Below are positions 37,979-47,914 of a stretch of 64,000 nucleotides of DNA, in pieces. Position 1 is the first letter of the stretch, and the number at the start of each line of letters is the position of its first letter. The notes under the pieces are model-generated. The model worked only from the letters and a program-made list of their open reading frames with translations. It did not search any database and was not told the DNA's origin. Source of the stretch: Spirochaetia bacterium. Lineage in GTDB: Bacteria > Spirochaetota > Spirochaetia > DSM-2461. Both the position numbers and the translations under genes were made by a program. The DNA lies in the NCBI GenBank assembly GCA_963668315.1, contig OY764216.1, positions 2,720,001 to 2,784,000 on the forward strand, written 5' to 3'.

Positions 37979-38872
37979 ATGGGGAGTGTCGCTTTGTCAA
38001 ATGTCAAGATGAAAATAAGATCGGGAAAGGGTGCCTCATTGCTGTCTATGAAAAGCCTGAGGGGCCTTCTGGCCCATGGGATTCTCATCTCTCTGGCCCT
38101 GATGTGGATCTACCCCTTTGTCTGGATGATTACGGCATCCTTCAAATCTCAAAAGGAGTTTTTCGGGAGTAAGCTGAAGCTTCTGCCCGCTGCACCTACT
38201 TTTGAGAATATTCTGAGGGTATGGAACATGGATAATTTTTCCATTTACTTCCTGAATACGGTTATCGTGACCGTGTCGGTTGTCTTTATTGTTCTGGCCA
38301 TCACGGCTATGGCCGGTTATGTCTTCGGACGGTATAATTTCATCGGAAGGAAGATTATACTCCTTATTTTCATATCCAGCATCACGATCCCCATGATCAG
38401 CACGATGATCCCCGTATACGAGATCGTCAGGAAGATGGGGCTTATAGGCACGCGAACGGGATTGATCCTGGCTTCCGCGGGGGGTGCCCATGTCATATTC
38501 CTCCTGCTCTTCATGTCCTATTTCCGCCAGCTCCCCAAAGCTCTGGAGGAGGCGGCCATGATGGACGGTTGCAATTTCTGGCAGGTTTTCCGCCACGCCA
38601 TGTTCCCCCTTGCCAAGCCGATCGCCACGACGGTCATCATCATGGAATCGGTCTGGACCTGGAACGATTTCCTACGACCCCTTGTCCTGACTCTTAACAA
38701 TCCCTCCGCACGGACACTCGCCGTGGGACTCTATGCGTTCAAGGGGGAGAATATCATTGACTGGACCGGCATCGCTGCGGGGGGGACCATTGCCATCGTG
38801 CCCGTCATCATACTGTTCATCTCCCTTCAGAAGTACTTCGTCGACGGCGTGGCCGGAGCTGTGAAGAGTTAA
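37979..38872 (+). CDS. Sugar ABC permease
   Basis: YPFVWM, EEAAMMDGC, WNDF, LQKYFVDG. Confidence 0.92.
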   Translation: MGSVALSNVKMKIRSGKGASLLSMKSLRGLLAHGILISLALMWIYPFVWMITASFKSQKEFFGSKLKLLPAAPTFENILRVWNMDNFSIYFLNTVIVTVSVVFIVLAITAMAGYVFGRYNFIGRKIILLIFISSITIPMISTMIPVYEIVRKMGLIGTRTGLILASAGGAHVIFLLLFMSYFRQLPKALEEAAMMDGCNFWQVFRHAMFPLAKPIATTVIIMESVWTWNDFLRPLVLTLNNPSARTLAVGLYAFKGENIIDWTGIAAGGTIAIVPVIILFISLQKYFVDGVAGAVKS

Positions 38873-39012
38873 AGGGCTCTCTTTTGCATCTTGAATCCGG
38901 TACTGAGCTGTACATGTCAAAAATTAAGAACATAGGAAAATATAATAGGGTGTGCACTTTTCCGCGGCAGAGCGGGGAAATTGTATAAAAGTTTATTTTT
39001 GGAGGAAATTTT

Positions 39013-40455
39013 ATGAAAAAATTTTTGTTGGCCCTGTTGGCCGGAATTCTGATTATCGGTTTTCTGCCGGCGAACGGATCAAAGGAGGACAGCGGTACGG
39101 AGGGAAAAACCGTCCTGAGAGTGATAGACTGGAGCGACAGTACCGCTGAATATAAAAAACAGTTCAACGAGCAGTATATGGCGGATCATCCGGATATTAT
39201 CATCGAATATACCGTTATGACGATCGATCAGTTCAAGACGTCTGTCATCAATTCGATTAAATCCGGAGGGGCTCCCGATCTTTTCCCCTATCCGGTGGGA
39301 TTCAATCTTCCCATGGCCGTTTCCGAAGACTGGTTTACCCCTTTGAACGATCTGGTCCCCTCTGATTTCTGGGACACCGTGGATCCCGGCGCCGTTGCCG
39401 AAGGAGTCGGTTCCATGGACGGGAACTATTATGTTCTTCCCGAAGTGGCTCCTCTGTCGAACGAACTCATTTTCTATAACCAGGATGTACTCGATGCCGC
39501 GGGCATTAAAAAGCTCCCCGCGACCTACTCGGAATTCCTTGATGTCAACAGGAGAATCTCCGAGGCGGGCAAGGGGCAATATTACGGATTTATCGAAGGG
39601 GGGAAGCAGGTTAACCGGCTCTACGGGCTTGTCGCCGGCTTCTCCAATGTGGCGGGGGGCAGACTTCCCCCCTTCAATTACGCTCTGACCCATAACGGTC
39701 GGATAAGCTATGACACTCCCGCCGTTCTGGGCGCCTTCGCTCTCTTCGATCAGCTTTTCAAAGATGGATCGGTACATCCCGATTCCATCAATATATCCGC
39801 TCCCGAGGCACGGGAGTATTTCGCCCAGGGGCAGGCGGCCTTCATTATGCAGGGAATCTGGTGTATCGGTATCTGGGAAAAGACCCATCCCGAGATGAAT
39901 TTCGGCGTTATGCCCGTTCCCAAGCCCGACGGGGGAGCCTCCGGGAAGCTTTATCTGCCCCATTATAACGGATGGATGGGTGTTTACAGCCAGTCCCAGC
40001 ACCCCAGGGAAGCGGCGGAGTATCTTATCGCTTCCTATAACTACGGCAGCGACGCCTATCATTATCAGGACGATCTGACGGCCAAGGGGGGGCAGATCTC
40101 CATCATCAAGGGCGTTGCCGAGAAAAATCTGACCAACCCCCGGGTCAGGCAGTATTACGAAACGTCGAAAGCAGAGGCGGTTATCTACCCCAAAGCCGCG
40201 TCACGGGATCCGAAGGCCTATGATTTCTACAGCGAGGTCGTGGATGTACAGCCCAGCGCGGGTATCATTCTTCAGGGTGTTCTCTCAGGCAGTATCCCCG
40301 ATTACGAGGCAGAATTGACGAAACTCTCCGATAAGCTCACAGCCGAATGGAAAAGAGCTTCCGAGGCCATCGGTCTGGATTTCGGTGTTTTCGAGTTTCC
40401 CAACTGGGATCCCATGGTCAACTATACCAATGAGGATTACGGGGAACTGAAATAA
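39013..40455 (+). CDS. CUT1 solute-binding protein
   Basis: GGAGG SD, signal peptide ...PANGSKE, APDLF, FYNQD, FAQGQAAF. Confidence 0.9.
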   Translation: MKKFLLALLAGILIIGFLPANGSKEDSGTEGKTVLRVIDWSDSTAEYKKQFNEQYMADHPDIIIEYTVMTIDQFKTSVINSIKSGGAPDLFPYPVGFNLPMAVSEDWFTPLNDLVPSDFWDTVDPGAVAEGVGSMDGNYYVLPEVAPLSNELIFYNQDVLDAAGIKKLPATYSEFLDVNRRISEAGKGQYYGFIEGGKQVNRLYGLVAGFSNVAGGRLPPFNYALTHNGRISYDTPAVLGAFALFDQLFKDGSVHPDSINISAPEAREYFAQGQAAFIMQGIWCIGIWEKTHPEMNFGVMPVPKPDGGASGKLYLPHYNGWMGVYSQSQHPREAAEYLIASYNYGSDAYHYQDDLTAKGGQISIIKGVAEKNLTNPRVRQYYETSKAEAVIYPKAASRDPKAYDFYSEVVDVQPSAGIILQGVLSGSIPDYEAELTKLSDKLTAEWKRASEAIGLDFGVFEFPNWDPMVNYTNEDYGELK

Positions 40456-40607
40456 TCCGGTGTCCGGGCGGGGAGCGGAACCGGAAAAGCGGAAGCCGTT
40501 CCCTTTTGCCTATTTACCTGACGATTATTGCGGGACAGGTCCAAAAAGTATATGATGGATTTACAGCTTAGAAGAAAAGGCGAGTACAGGAAAGCAGCGG
40601 CAAAGGG

Positions 40608-41717
40608 ATGATTGATAACGAACGAAAGATTCTGCATGTGATAGCCCGGAACGGGAGCATGACCAAAAAGGAGATAGCCGATTCACTGAATCTCAGCTGG
40701 GCGACCGTTGTGAAGATAACCAAGCGGCTGGAGCAGTCCGGGTATATCAAGTTCTCCGGCAGGCCGGAACGAAAGAATGTCCAGGGAGTGGATTCGGCCG
40801 TTTTCGCATTGAAAAGGAACAATCCCACCGCTATCGGCATCGATCTGGGATATAGCGAGACAAGTATCATCGTATCCAATCTGAGCGATCAGATCCTCTA
40901 TCAGAAAACCCTTTCCAATCCTACTCTGTCGACGGTGGAGGATATAGCTTCCTTTCTGGAGTCCTGTATCGAAGAGACTCTGGAGGCGAATAGGGAAGGG
41001 TGGGAAATCCACGGTGTGGGGATCGGAGCGCCTGCCTTCCTCCTTCCCGATAAAAGGGATATTTACCCCCCCCTGCAGGAAATCCTGAACGACAGGTTCC
41101 ATCTGCCGATTCATATCGACAGCAGCGTGAGAGGATTTGCCCTCTATAAGCGTTTCAAGCATAACATAGAGGGCGATTATGTCGTGTTGACCGTACGGAC
41201 CGGTATCGGACTGGGAATAATTCTCAATAACAGCCTTTACCGGGGCGAATCCCATATGGCGGGCGAGATCAGCCATACCTTTATACCCGGTCTTGAAGGA
41301 CTGTGCCGCTGCGGCCAGACGGGCTGTCTGGAAACGGGGCTGAACTATCATATCCTGTCGGAAGATTATTACAGGATCGCCGCCGAAGCGGGGGAGCCGG
41401 TCAATGTTCCCAATCCTCCCGCCGTCCTGATGAAACTGGCCGCCGAAGGGATTCCCCAGGCCAGGGAAATACTGGAGCGGCGGAGCGGGATCCTGGCCAG
41501 GGCCATCATGCCCCTGCTTCTGATTCTTAACATCTCACGGATTACCATTGCGGGGCAGTTCGGGGACGGGGGCGCTCTGTTCGCCAATATGGTGGATAAA
41601 GCCCTCTCTGAGATGCTTTCTTTGAGAATCGATCACAAAATAAATTATGAAAAACTGGAAGTGCTGGATTTCGCCATTGGGGCCTCCCATATGGTTTTAG
41701 AGAAGTTTATTTACTGA
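40608..41717 (+). CDS. ROK-family transcriptional repressor
   Basis: N-terminal HTH, IGIDLG, GIGLGI, AGEISH..CRCGQTGCLE. Confidence 0.9.
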   Translation: MIDNERKILHVIARNGSMTKKEIADSLNLSWATVVKITKRLEQSGYIKFSGRPERKNVQGVDSAVFALKRNNPTAIGIDLGYSETSIIVSNLSDQILYQKTLSNPTLSTVEDIASFLESCIEETLEANREGWEIHGVGIGAPAFLLPDKRDIYPPLQEILNDRFHLPIHIDSSVRGFALYKRFKHNIEGDYVVLTVRTGIGLGIILNNSLYRGESHMAGEISHTFIPGLEGLCRCGQTGCLETGLNYHILSEDYYRIAAEAGEPVNVPNPPAVLMKLAAEGIPQAREILERRSGILARAIMPLLLILNISRITIAGQFGDGGALFANMVDKALSEMLSLRIDHKINYEKLEVLDFAIGASHMVLEKFIY

Positions 41718-41759
41718 TGGAAGCCGTTCGAAATAAGGGACGGAGTCGTTGGGGGATAA

Positions 41760-41793
41760 TATATCGTCAGACAATATATTATCCCGCTATATA
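41760..41793. promoter_or_regulatory. Tandem 19-bp operators upstream of GH3
   Basis: TATATCGTCAGACAATATA and TATATTATCCCGCTATATA. Confidence 0.65.
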
Positions 41794-41807
41794 AAAATGG
41801 AGAGAAG

Positions 41808-44240
41808 ATGGAAATATACAAAAATCCCGGGGAGCCCCTGGAAAAGAGAGTCAGTGATCTTCTGGGCCGTATGACACTGGAAGAGAAGGTCGCTCAGTTG
41901 AGCGCCTGTCTGCCGCAGATGCTTCTGAAAGGGGGAGAGGTCTCCGAAGAGCTGCTGATGCGGTATGCGGGTGAGGGGCTTGGTCGTATCCCCCAGTTTC
42001 CCATGCCCTTCCATAAGGATGCTTATCAGATAGGAAAAGCCTATAATGCGGTTCAGAAGTATGCCGTGGAAAAGACCCGGCTCGGTATACCCGTTATGGC
42101 GCAGGTGGAGTGTCTGAACGGCGTGGTGGCCGTGGATGCCACTGCTTTCCCGTCTCCTATTGCTTTAGCTTCCTCCTGGGAGCCGGAGGCAGTCCGCACC
42201 ATGGGGCATGTCATCGGGCGGCAGATGAGAGCCATGGTGAACGGCGCCAACGCCCTGGCTCCGGTGGTGGACCTGGCCCGGGATGCCCGATGGGGACGGG
42301 TTTATGAGACTTTCGGGGAGAGTTCCTATATGAATGCCCAGTTCGGAATGGCCATGGTCAGGGGGCTCCAGCATGACGGGGATCTGACCCGGGGAGTCCA
42401 GTCCTGCGCGAAGCATTTTCTAGGTTACAGCACGACCCAGGGCGGACTCAACAGCGCTCCCGTCATGGCCGGAACCCGGGAAATATACGAGGATTTCGGG
42501 AAACCCTTTGAAGCGATGATCAGAAAAGCATCCCTTCAGAGCATCATGTGCACCTACAGCGAAATCGACGGTAGGCCGGTGAGTTTCTCTCCCGAGATCC
42601 TCCGGGACCTCCTCAGGGGAAGAATGGGCTTCACCGGTTCTGCCATATGCGACGGCGGCTCCATTGAACGGGCCTGCTTTACCCAGCATGCCGCCGCTGA
42701 TCTAAAGGAAGCGGCCGTCCTGGCCCTCAAGGCGGGTCTTGATGCGGACGCCCCCCGGACGGAAGCTTTCATCTTTCTTCCCGAAGCGGTGAGGGAGGGT
42801 TTGGTCGAAGAGTCCTATGTGGATGAAGCCTGCGCCCGGGTTCTCAGACAGAAATTTCAGCTGGGGCTGTTTGAATCTCCCTATGTCGATACGGAGGCTT
42901 TAAAAACTACCATCAGCACGGAAGAGGACAGGGCTCTTTCTTTGGAGCTGAGCCGGAAGAGCCTCATCCTTCTTAAAAATGACAAAAATATCCTGCCCTT
43001 GAAGAAGGATGGGAAAACCCTGGCTGTCATCGGTCCCCACGGCGACAGCATCATCGATTTATTCGGGGGATACACCTTTCCCTCCATGCTGGAAGCCGTT
43101 ACAGACAAGGAAAGCGGCTTCAGCATGCTGGGAGTGAACGAAGCCCTGGCCGGTGTCGGCGGAGAACAGAAAGAAGGGGTTATTCCCCCCACGGCGGTAG
43201 ACGGCTACTGCCGGTCGAAATACGGAGTCATGAGCCTGGCCGGGGAGATGGAGAGGAGAGCCGGCGGAAAAGTCCTCTATGCGAAGGGCTGCCAAATCGA
43301 TGATGAGGATACTTCCCTGTTCGATGAAGCTCTCGGGACCGCGCAGGAATCGGATATAATCATCATGACCCTGGGAGGGAAGTCGGGGTGGACCAATAGG
43401 GCAACCAGCGGCGAGGGCCGGGACCGGACGAGCCTGGATCTCCCCGGAGTGCAGGAGGAGCTGTTCAAACGTGTGAAGGCCCTGGGAAAACCGGTGGTTC
43501 TCGTCCTTTTCCACGGGCGCCCCCTTTCCATCAACAGGGCGTCAGAGGAGGCGGATGCCATTCTGGATGTCTGGTTCCCCGGTCCTCACGGAGGGCAGGC
43601 TATCGCCGAGGCCCTGTTCGGTGAGATCAATCCGGGGGGCAAACTGCCCATCTCCATTCCCCGGTCCTCCGGCCAGTGCCCCCTCTATCACGACCATAAA
43701 TGGGGTGCCGGATACAGGCGGGACACGGGAGGCGCCATCGGTCTCGAGAAGCTATTCGGCGGGGGCTATACAGACATACCCAGCGATCCCCTCTACCATT
43801 TCGGCTACGGGCTGAGCTATACGGACTTTGCCTATCCCCGGGCGGAGATCTCCTCCGAGGAAGTACCCAGCGACGGTTCGGCGACTCTTACGGCGGTCGT
43901 GGAGAATATCGGCGATGTCACAGGCGACGAGGTTGTTCAGTTTTATATCCGTGACAGGGAGGCCCGGGTCACGAGGCCTGTCATGGAACTGGTCGGCTTC
44001 ACGCGCGTGACTCTTGCCCCCGGTGATAAATGCGAAGTCTCCCTGGAACTTTCCATGGCCCAGCTAGGCTTTCTCAATGAGGACCGGGAATTCGTCGTGG
44101 AACCGGGGAATATGGATATCATGGTCGGTTCCGCCTCAAACCGGATCCACCATACACTGCGCTTCGTCATAACCGGAGAGAAGAGAAACTTGGCCGGTAT
44201 CTGCGCCTATTCGTCCGTTCCGGCCGTGAAATACTTGTAG
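41808..44240 (+). CDS. GH3 beta-glycosidase (glucosidase/xylosidase type) with FnIII domain
   Basis: MTLEEKVAQL, RDARWGRVYETFGE, AKHFLGY, ICDG, LLKND, GEGRDR, FGYGLSYT. Confidence 0.93.
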   Translation: MEIYKNPGEPLEKRVSDLLGRMTLEEKVAQLSACLPQMLLKGGEVSEELLMRYAGEGLGRIPQFPMPFHKDAYQIGKAYNAVQKYAVEKTRLGIPVMAQVECLNGVVAVDATAFPSPIALASSWEPEAVRTMGHVIGRQMRAMVNGANALAPVVDLARDARWGRVYETFGESSYMNAQFGMAMVRGLQHDGDLTRGVQSCAKHFLGYSTTQGGLNSAPVMAGTREIYEDFGKPFEAMIRKASLQSIMCTYSEIDGRPVSFSPEILRDLLRGRMGFTGSAICDGGSIERACFTQHAAADLKEAAVLALKAGLDADAPRTEAFIFLPEAVREGLVEESYVDEACARVLRQKFQLGLFESPYVDTEALKTTISTEEDRALSLELSRKSLILLKNDKNILPLKKDGKTLAVIGPHGDSIIDLFGGYTFPSMLEAVTDKESGFSMLGVNEALAGVGGEQKEGVIPPTAVDGYCRSKYGVMSLAGEMERRAGGKVLYAKGCQIDDEDTSLFDEALGTAQESDIIIMTLGGKSGWTNRATSGEGRDRTSLDLPGVQEELFKRVKALGKPVVLVLFHGRPLSINRASEEADAILDVWFPGPHGGQAIAEALFGEINPGGKLPISIPRSSGQCPLYHDHKWGAGYRRDTGGAIGLEKLFGGGYTDIPSDPLYHFGYGLSYTDFAYPRAEISSEEVPSDGSATLTAVVENIGDVTGDEVVQFYIRDREARVTRPVMELVGFTRVTLAPGDKCEVSLELSMAQLGFLNEDREFVVEPGNMDIMVGSASNRIHHTLRFVITGEKRNLAGICAYSSVPAVKYL

Positions 44241-44266
44241 AATTACAGAATAAAGGAGAATCCCCT

Positions 44267-45736
44267 ATGAAAATCGTCTATTTTGATCTGGATACGCTCA
44301 GGCCCGACCATCTCGGCTGTTACGGCTACCACAGGAACACATCGCCCCATATCGACGCCATCGCCTCGGAGGGGATCCGATTTAATAATTACTATGCCTC
44401 CGACGCACCCTGCCTTCCCTCCCGGGCGGCCATGATGTCCGGGCGGTTCGGCATTCATACGGGCGTTGTCAACCACAGCGGCACGGCGGCGGATATGAGA
44501 GCCCAGGGACCCGGTCGGGGCTTCCAGGACGAATTGGGCCATAACTCCCTCCCCGCGTTTTTGAACAGGGATCTGGGGCTTCATACCTGTTACATCGGCG
44601 GGTTCGGCGCCCGCCACTCCAGCTGGACTTTCTACGCGGGGTTCCGGGAGATCCACGATACGGGAATGGGGGGGATGGAATCGGCGGAGGATGTCACCCC
44701 CTACGTCATGGACTGGATAGACCGGAACAAGGGCAGGGAGGACTGGTACCTTCATATCAACTACTGGGATCCCCACACGCCCTACCGGGTGCCGGAAAAG
44801 TTCGGCAATCCCTTTGAACATGACCCGCTGCCCGAATGGTTCGATCAGGAACTTATCGACGAGCATATGAAGATGGGCGGTCCCCATACGATACAGGATA
44901 TCAGCATGTACGACGACGCGGTCAGGCCCGAATTTCCCCGCCAGCCCGGCCATGTTACCAATATGGAGGAGATGAGGGAGCTGATCGACGGTTACGACTG
45001 CGGCATCCGCTATATGGACGGGCATATAGGCAAAGTGCTGGAAGCCTTTGAAAAGCAGGGAATCAAGGATGATCTCGTTATTATTGTCAGCTCCGATCAC
45101 GGGGAGAATTTCGGTGAACTGGGCATGTATGCCGAGCACGGCACGGCGGACAACATCTGCCACCGCATTCCCATGATCATCCGCTGGCCGGGAAAAACCG
45201 CCGCCGGCGCCGTAGACAAAGGGCTCCATTATAATCTGGATTTTCTCCCCACCCTGGCCGAATTGACCGGACGGGATAGCCGGAGCAGCTGGGAAGGGGC
45301 CAGTTACGCCCCCTCCCTGACCAGGGGTGAGGACACGGGCCGGGACGAGCTTATCCTGGGGCAGTTCGCCCACGGCTGCCAAAGGAGTGTACGCTGGGAC
45401 AGATGGATCTATCTGCGGACCTGGCACGACGGATATCACCGCTTCGAGGGAGAAATGCTTTTCGATCTGGAGGAGGACCCCCACGAGCGGTTCAATCTGG
45501 CCGAATCCCGCCCCGATCTGGTGAAAACCGCAAGAGAGAAATACGAGGCCTGGCATACTGACATGATGGAGAGTATGCCCTTCGCCGACAAGAAGGATCC
45601 CATGGAGTATGTTATGAAGGAGCTCCCCTGCCACTGCCGGTACGATCTGGAGAAATACGCCCGCCGGCTGGAGGCAACAGGACGGGAAGAGGAGGCGGAA
45701 AGGCTCAGAAGGGAGTTCCCCGAACAGTTCTCCTGA
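44267..45736 (+). CDS. Cys-type formylglycine sulfatase, cytoplasmic
   Basis: DTLRPDHLG, CLPSRAAMMSG (CxPxR), DPHTPY, SSDHGE, LFDLEEDP. Confidence 0.93.
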   Translation: MKIVYFDLDTLRPDHLGCYGYHRNTSPHIDAIASEGIRFNNYYASDAPCLPSRAAMMSGRFGIHTGVVNHSGTAADMRAQGPGRGFQDELGHNSLPAFLNRDLGLHTCYIGGFGARHSSWTFYAGFREIHDTGMGGMESAEDVTPYVMDWIDRNKGREDWYLHINYWDPHTPYRVPEKFGNPFEHDPLPEWFDQELIDEHMKMGGPHTIQDISMYDDAVRPEFPRQPGHVTNMEEMRELIDGYDCGIRYMDGHIGKVLEAFEKQGIKDDLVIIVSSDHGENFGELGMYAEHGTADNICHRIPMIIRWPGKTAAGAVDKGLHYNLDFLPTLAELTGRDSRSSWEGASYAPSLTRGEDTGRDELILGQFAHGCQRSVRWDRWIYLRTWHDGYHRFEGEMLFDLEEDPHERFNLAESRPDLVKTAREKYEAWHTDMMESMPFADKKDPMEYVMKELPCHCRYDLEKYARRLEATGREEEAERLRREFPEQFS

Positions 45737-45778
45737 GATTCCGTCCGCCCGGATCTCGGAAGAGGTGACGTCGTGATG

Positions 45779-45804
45779 GAGGGAGTCTCTTCCGAGACTC
45801 CCTC
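45779..45804. terminator. Perfect hairpin after sulfatase
   Basis: GAGGGAGTCTC-TTCC-GAGACTCCCTC, no T-tail. Confidence 0.5.
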
Positions 45805-45890
45805 ATGAAATCCTTTACAATATGGGGATATGCCCTTATCATTTTTACTGACCAAATCTTGTTTTAACCGGGATTCAGGTCGCCGGAGGC

Positions 45891-47123
45891 ATGGTATTGC
45901 TTGTTCCAAAATGGGGCCGCTATTATATGTTCCTGCTCATGGGCATCCTCTTTCTCTTTTTTCCCTATTATCTGCTTCAGGCTTTGCATGTTTCCAGAAA
46001 TCTTGTTGATTCTGAAATCCCCATATCCCGCCGAAACGGCCTCCTGGCTATTCTTTTTTCTCTTATCCTGGTCATGGTCAATAATATCCATCTCATCCTC
46101 CGCCTGTTTCTCAAAAAGGATTTTGAAAGAAAGAATGAGTGGCACTCCCTACCGTTTCTTTCGATTTTCCTGTTACTGATCTGTTCGGCCATAACTCCCT
46201 TCACCGACAGTTTCCCCTATGTCTGTCTCCTTAATATATTTCTGATTCTCTCCCTGGCATTTACCTTTTCCTTTTCCCTGATTCTCGGATCGGCCGTCGC
46301 CTTCTTTTTTATTCTTTTCGAGAAAGGCATGGACCACTCCTATCTTTTTCTGATCTGCTTTTATTTTCTTTTCATTCAAATCCGCTTTTTCATATTTGAG
46401 AAATCCTCCCAGGTGCTGTTTTCCTCCTTTGAAAAGGCCAAGTGGGCGGCCGCCGAGCTTTCCACCCTGACTCAGAGAATCACGAATTTCCGGGAAGTGG
46501 AAATGGCCAATGCCCGGGAAGCGGAACGGGTCCGCCTTTCCAGGGAGATCCATGATACGGTGGGGTATTCCCTCACGGCAATTCAGGTCCAGCTGAACGC
46601 GCTCCATGATCTGAAGGGAGAGGAACTCTATCATAAGGTGAGGGTGCTGGAGAATCTGACGCGGATGACTCTGCGCGAAACGCGGCTCATGGTTAAGGGG
46701 ATGCGAAAGGCCAGAACCGTCCCCAGGGTGAACGACTGGCTGGATGAGATCAATACGCTCATGAGAACCTTTTCCGGCTGTACCGGGCTGAGGATTAATT
46801 TATCCAGCGACGAGCCTATTTCCCTGCCGGGGAAGGAGGGGGAAATGCTCTATCACTGTATTCAGGAGGGGATTACCAATGCCTACCGTCACGGCAGCGC
46901 CAGTTACGTTTCCATCCATCTCAAGGTCAAGCGGGAGAAAAATCTGCTGCTGGTGAAGATTGCCGACAACGGTATCGGCTGCGATAACCCGGTCCCCGGT
47001 TCAGGGCTGACAGGAATGAGAGAACGGGTCGAGTCCCTGGGGGGATGCCTGATCGTTAACAACAGGGAGAAGATGTTTTCCCTCTACATAGATATCCCCT
47101 TTGAGGAGGAGAAAGCCCGATGA
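45891..47123 (+). CDS. Membrane sensor histidine kinase (HisKA_3)
   Basis: Multi-TM N-terminus, ERVRLSREIHDTVG, QEGITNAYRH, DNGIG, GSGLTGMRER; start uncertain. Confidence 0.9.
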   Translation: MVLLVPKWGRYYMFLLMGILFLFFPYYLLQALHVSRNLVDSEIPISRRNGLLAILFSLILVMVNNIHLILRLFLKKDFERKNEWHSLPFLSIFLLLICSAITPFTDSFPYVCLLNIFLILSLAFTFSFSLILGSAVAFFFILFEKGMDHSYLFLICFYFLFIQIRFFIFEKSSQVLFSSFEKAKWAAAELSTLTQRITNFREVEMANAREAERVRLSREIHDTVGYSLTAIQVQLNALHDLKGEELYHKVRVLENLTRMTLRETRLMVKGMRKARTVPRVNDWLDEINTLMRTFSGCTGLRINLSSDEPISLPGKEGEMLYHCIQEGITNAYRHGSASYVSIHLKVKREKNLLLVKIADNGIGCDNPVPGSGLTGMRERVESLGGCLIVNNREKMFSLYIDIPFEEEKAR

Positions 47124-47806
47124 TTAATATTGTTATAGCCGATGACCATCCTATCTTTCTGGAGGGGATCTCCTCCGTCATTCAATCGAGATATAGGGAT
47201 ATTCATATCGTGGGAATGGGGGGAGACGGATATGAAGCGGTAGACGCCTATGTGCGGCACAGACCGGATGTCGTGCTTCTGGATATCCGCATGCCCCGGA
47301 AAAACGGCATCGAGGCGGCCAAGGAGATAAGGGCGATTGATCCCAAGGCGAAAATAATGATATTGACCACCTTTGACGAACAGCATCTGATTGAAGAGCT
47401 GTTCGCCTACGGCATCAACGGGTATGTCCTCAAGGAAACTCCCCTGGACGAGGTCGTCATGGATATACGCCTGGTCAACAGCGGCCAGACGGCCATGAAC
47501 AACCTCATTATGCAGAAGCTTTACAAAGGCCACGGCTCTGAGGAAGAGACGCGCTGCCAGTCGGGGGAGACGGGAGGGCTGAACTCCAACCAGTTAAGGA
47601 AGCATCCCCAGCTGAAGGAGCTGGGCGTAAGGGAAATCCAGATTTTCATGATGATGCTCAACGGGAAACAAAACCCCGAAATCGCCTGCGAGCTCAACTT
47701 GAGCGAAGGCACGGTAAGGAATTACGTGCATACAATTTATAACGCCCTGGACGTACATAAAAGGTCCGCGGTCATAATCTGGGCCATTGAGCAGGGCATT
47801 CTATGA
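47120..47806 (+). CDS. NarL/LuxR-family response regulator
   Basis: IADDHP, LLDIRMP, ILTTFD, HTH NPEIACELNLSEGTVRNY. Confidence 0.93.
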   Translation: MINIVIADDHPIFLEGISSVIQSRYRDIHIVGMGGDGYEAVDAYVRHRPDVVLLDIRMPRKNGIEAAKEIRAIDPKAKIMILTTFDEQHLIEELFAYGINGYVLKETPLDEVVMDIRLVNSGQTAMNNLIMQKLYKGHGSEEETRCQSGETGGLNSNQLRKHPQLKELGVREIQIFMMMLNGKQNPEIACELNLSEGTVRNYVHTIYNALDVHKRSAVIIWAIEQGIL

Positions 47807-47830
47807 CAGATATATGACAAATCTATGACA
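47802..47830 (+). promoter_or_regulatory. Triple direct repeat TATGACA (11-bp period)
   Basis: TATGACA at 47802, 47813, 47824; TACAAT -10 at 47875. Confidence 0.6.
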
Positions 47831-47914
47831 TACTCCCATGATGTTCGGTACTGTGCGGTCTGATCATTCCCTTTTACAATTTTCCTATCTTATTGAAGGA
47901 AAAGAGGGCCGGGA

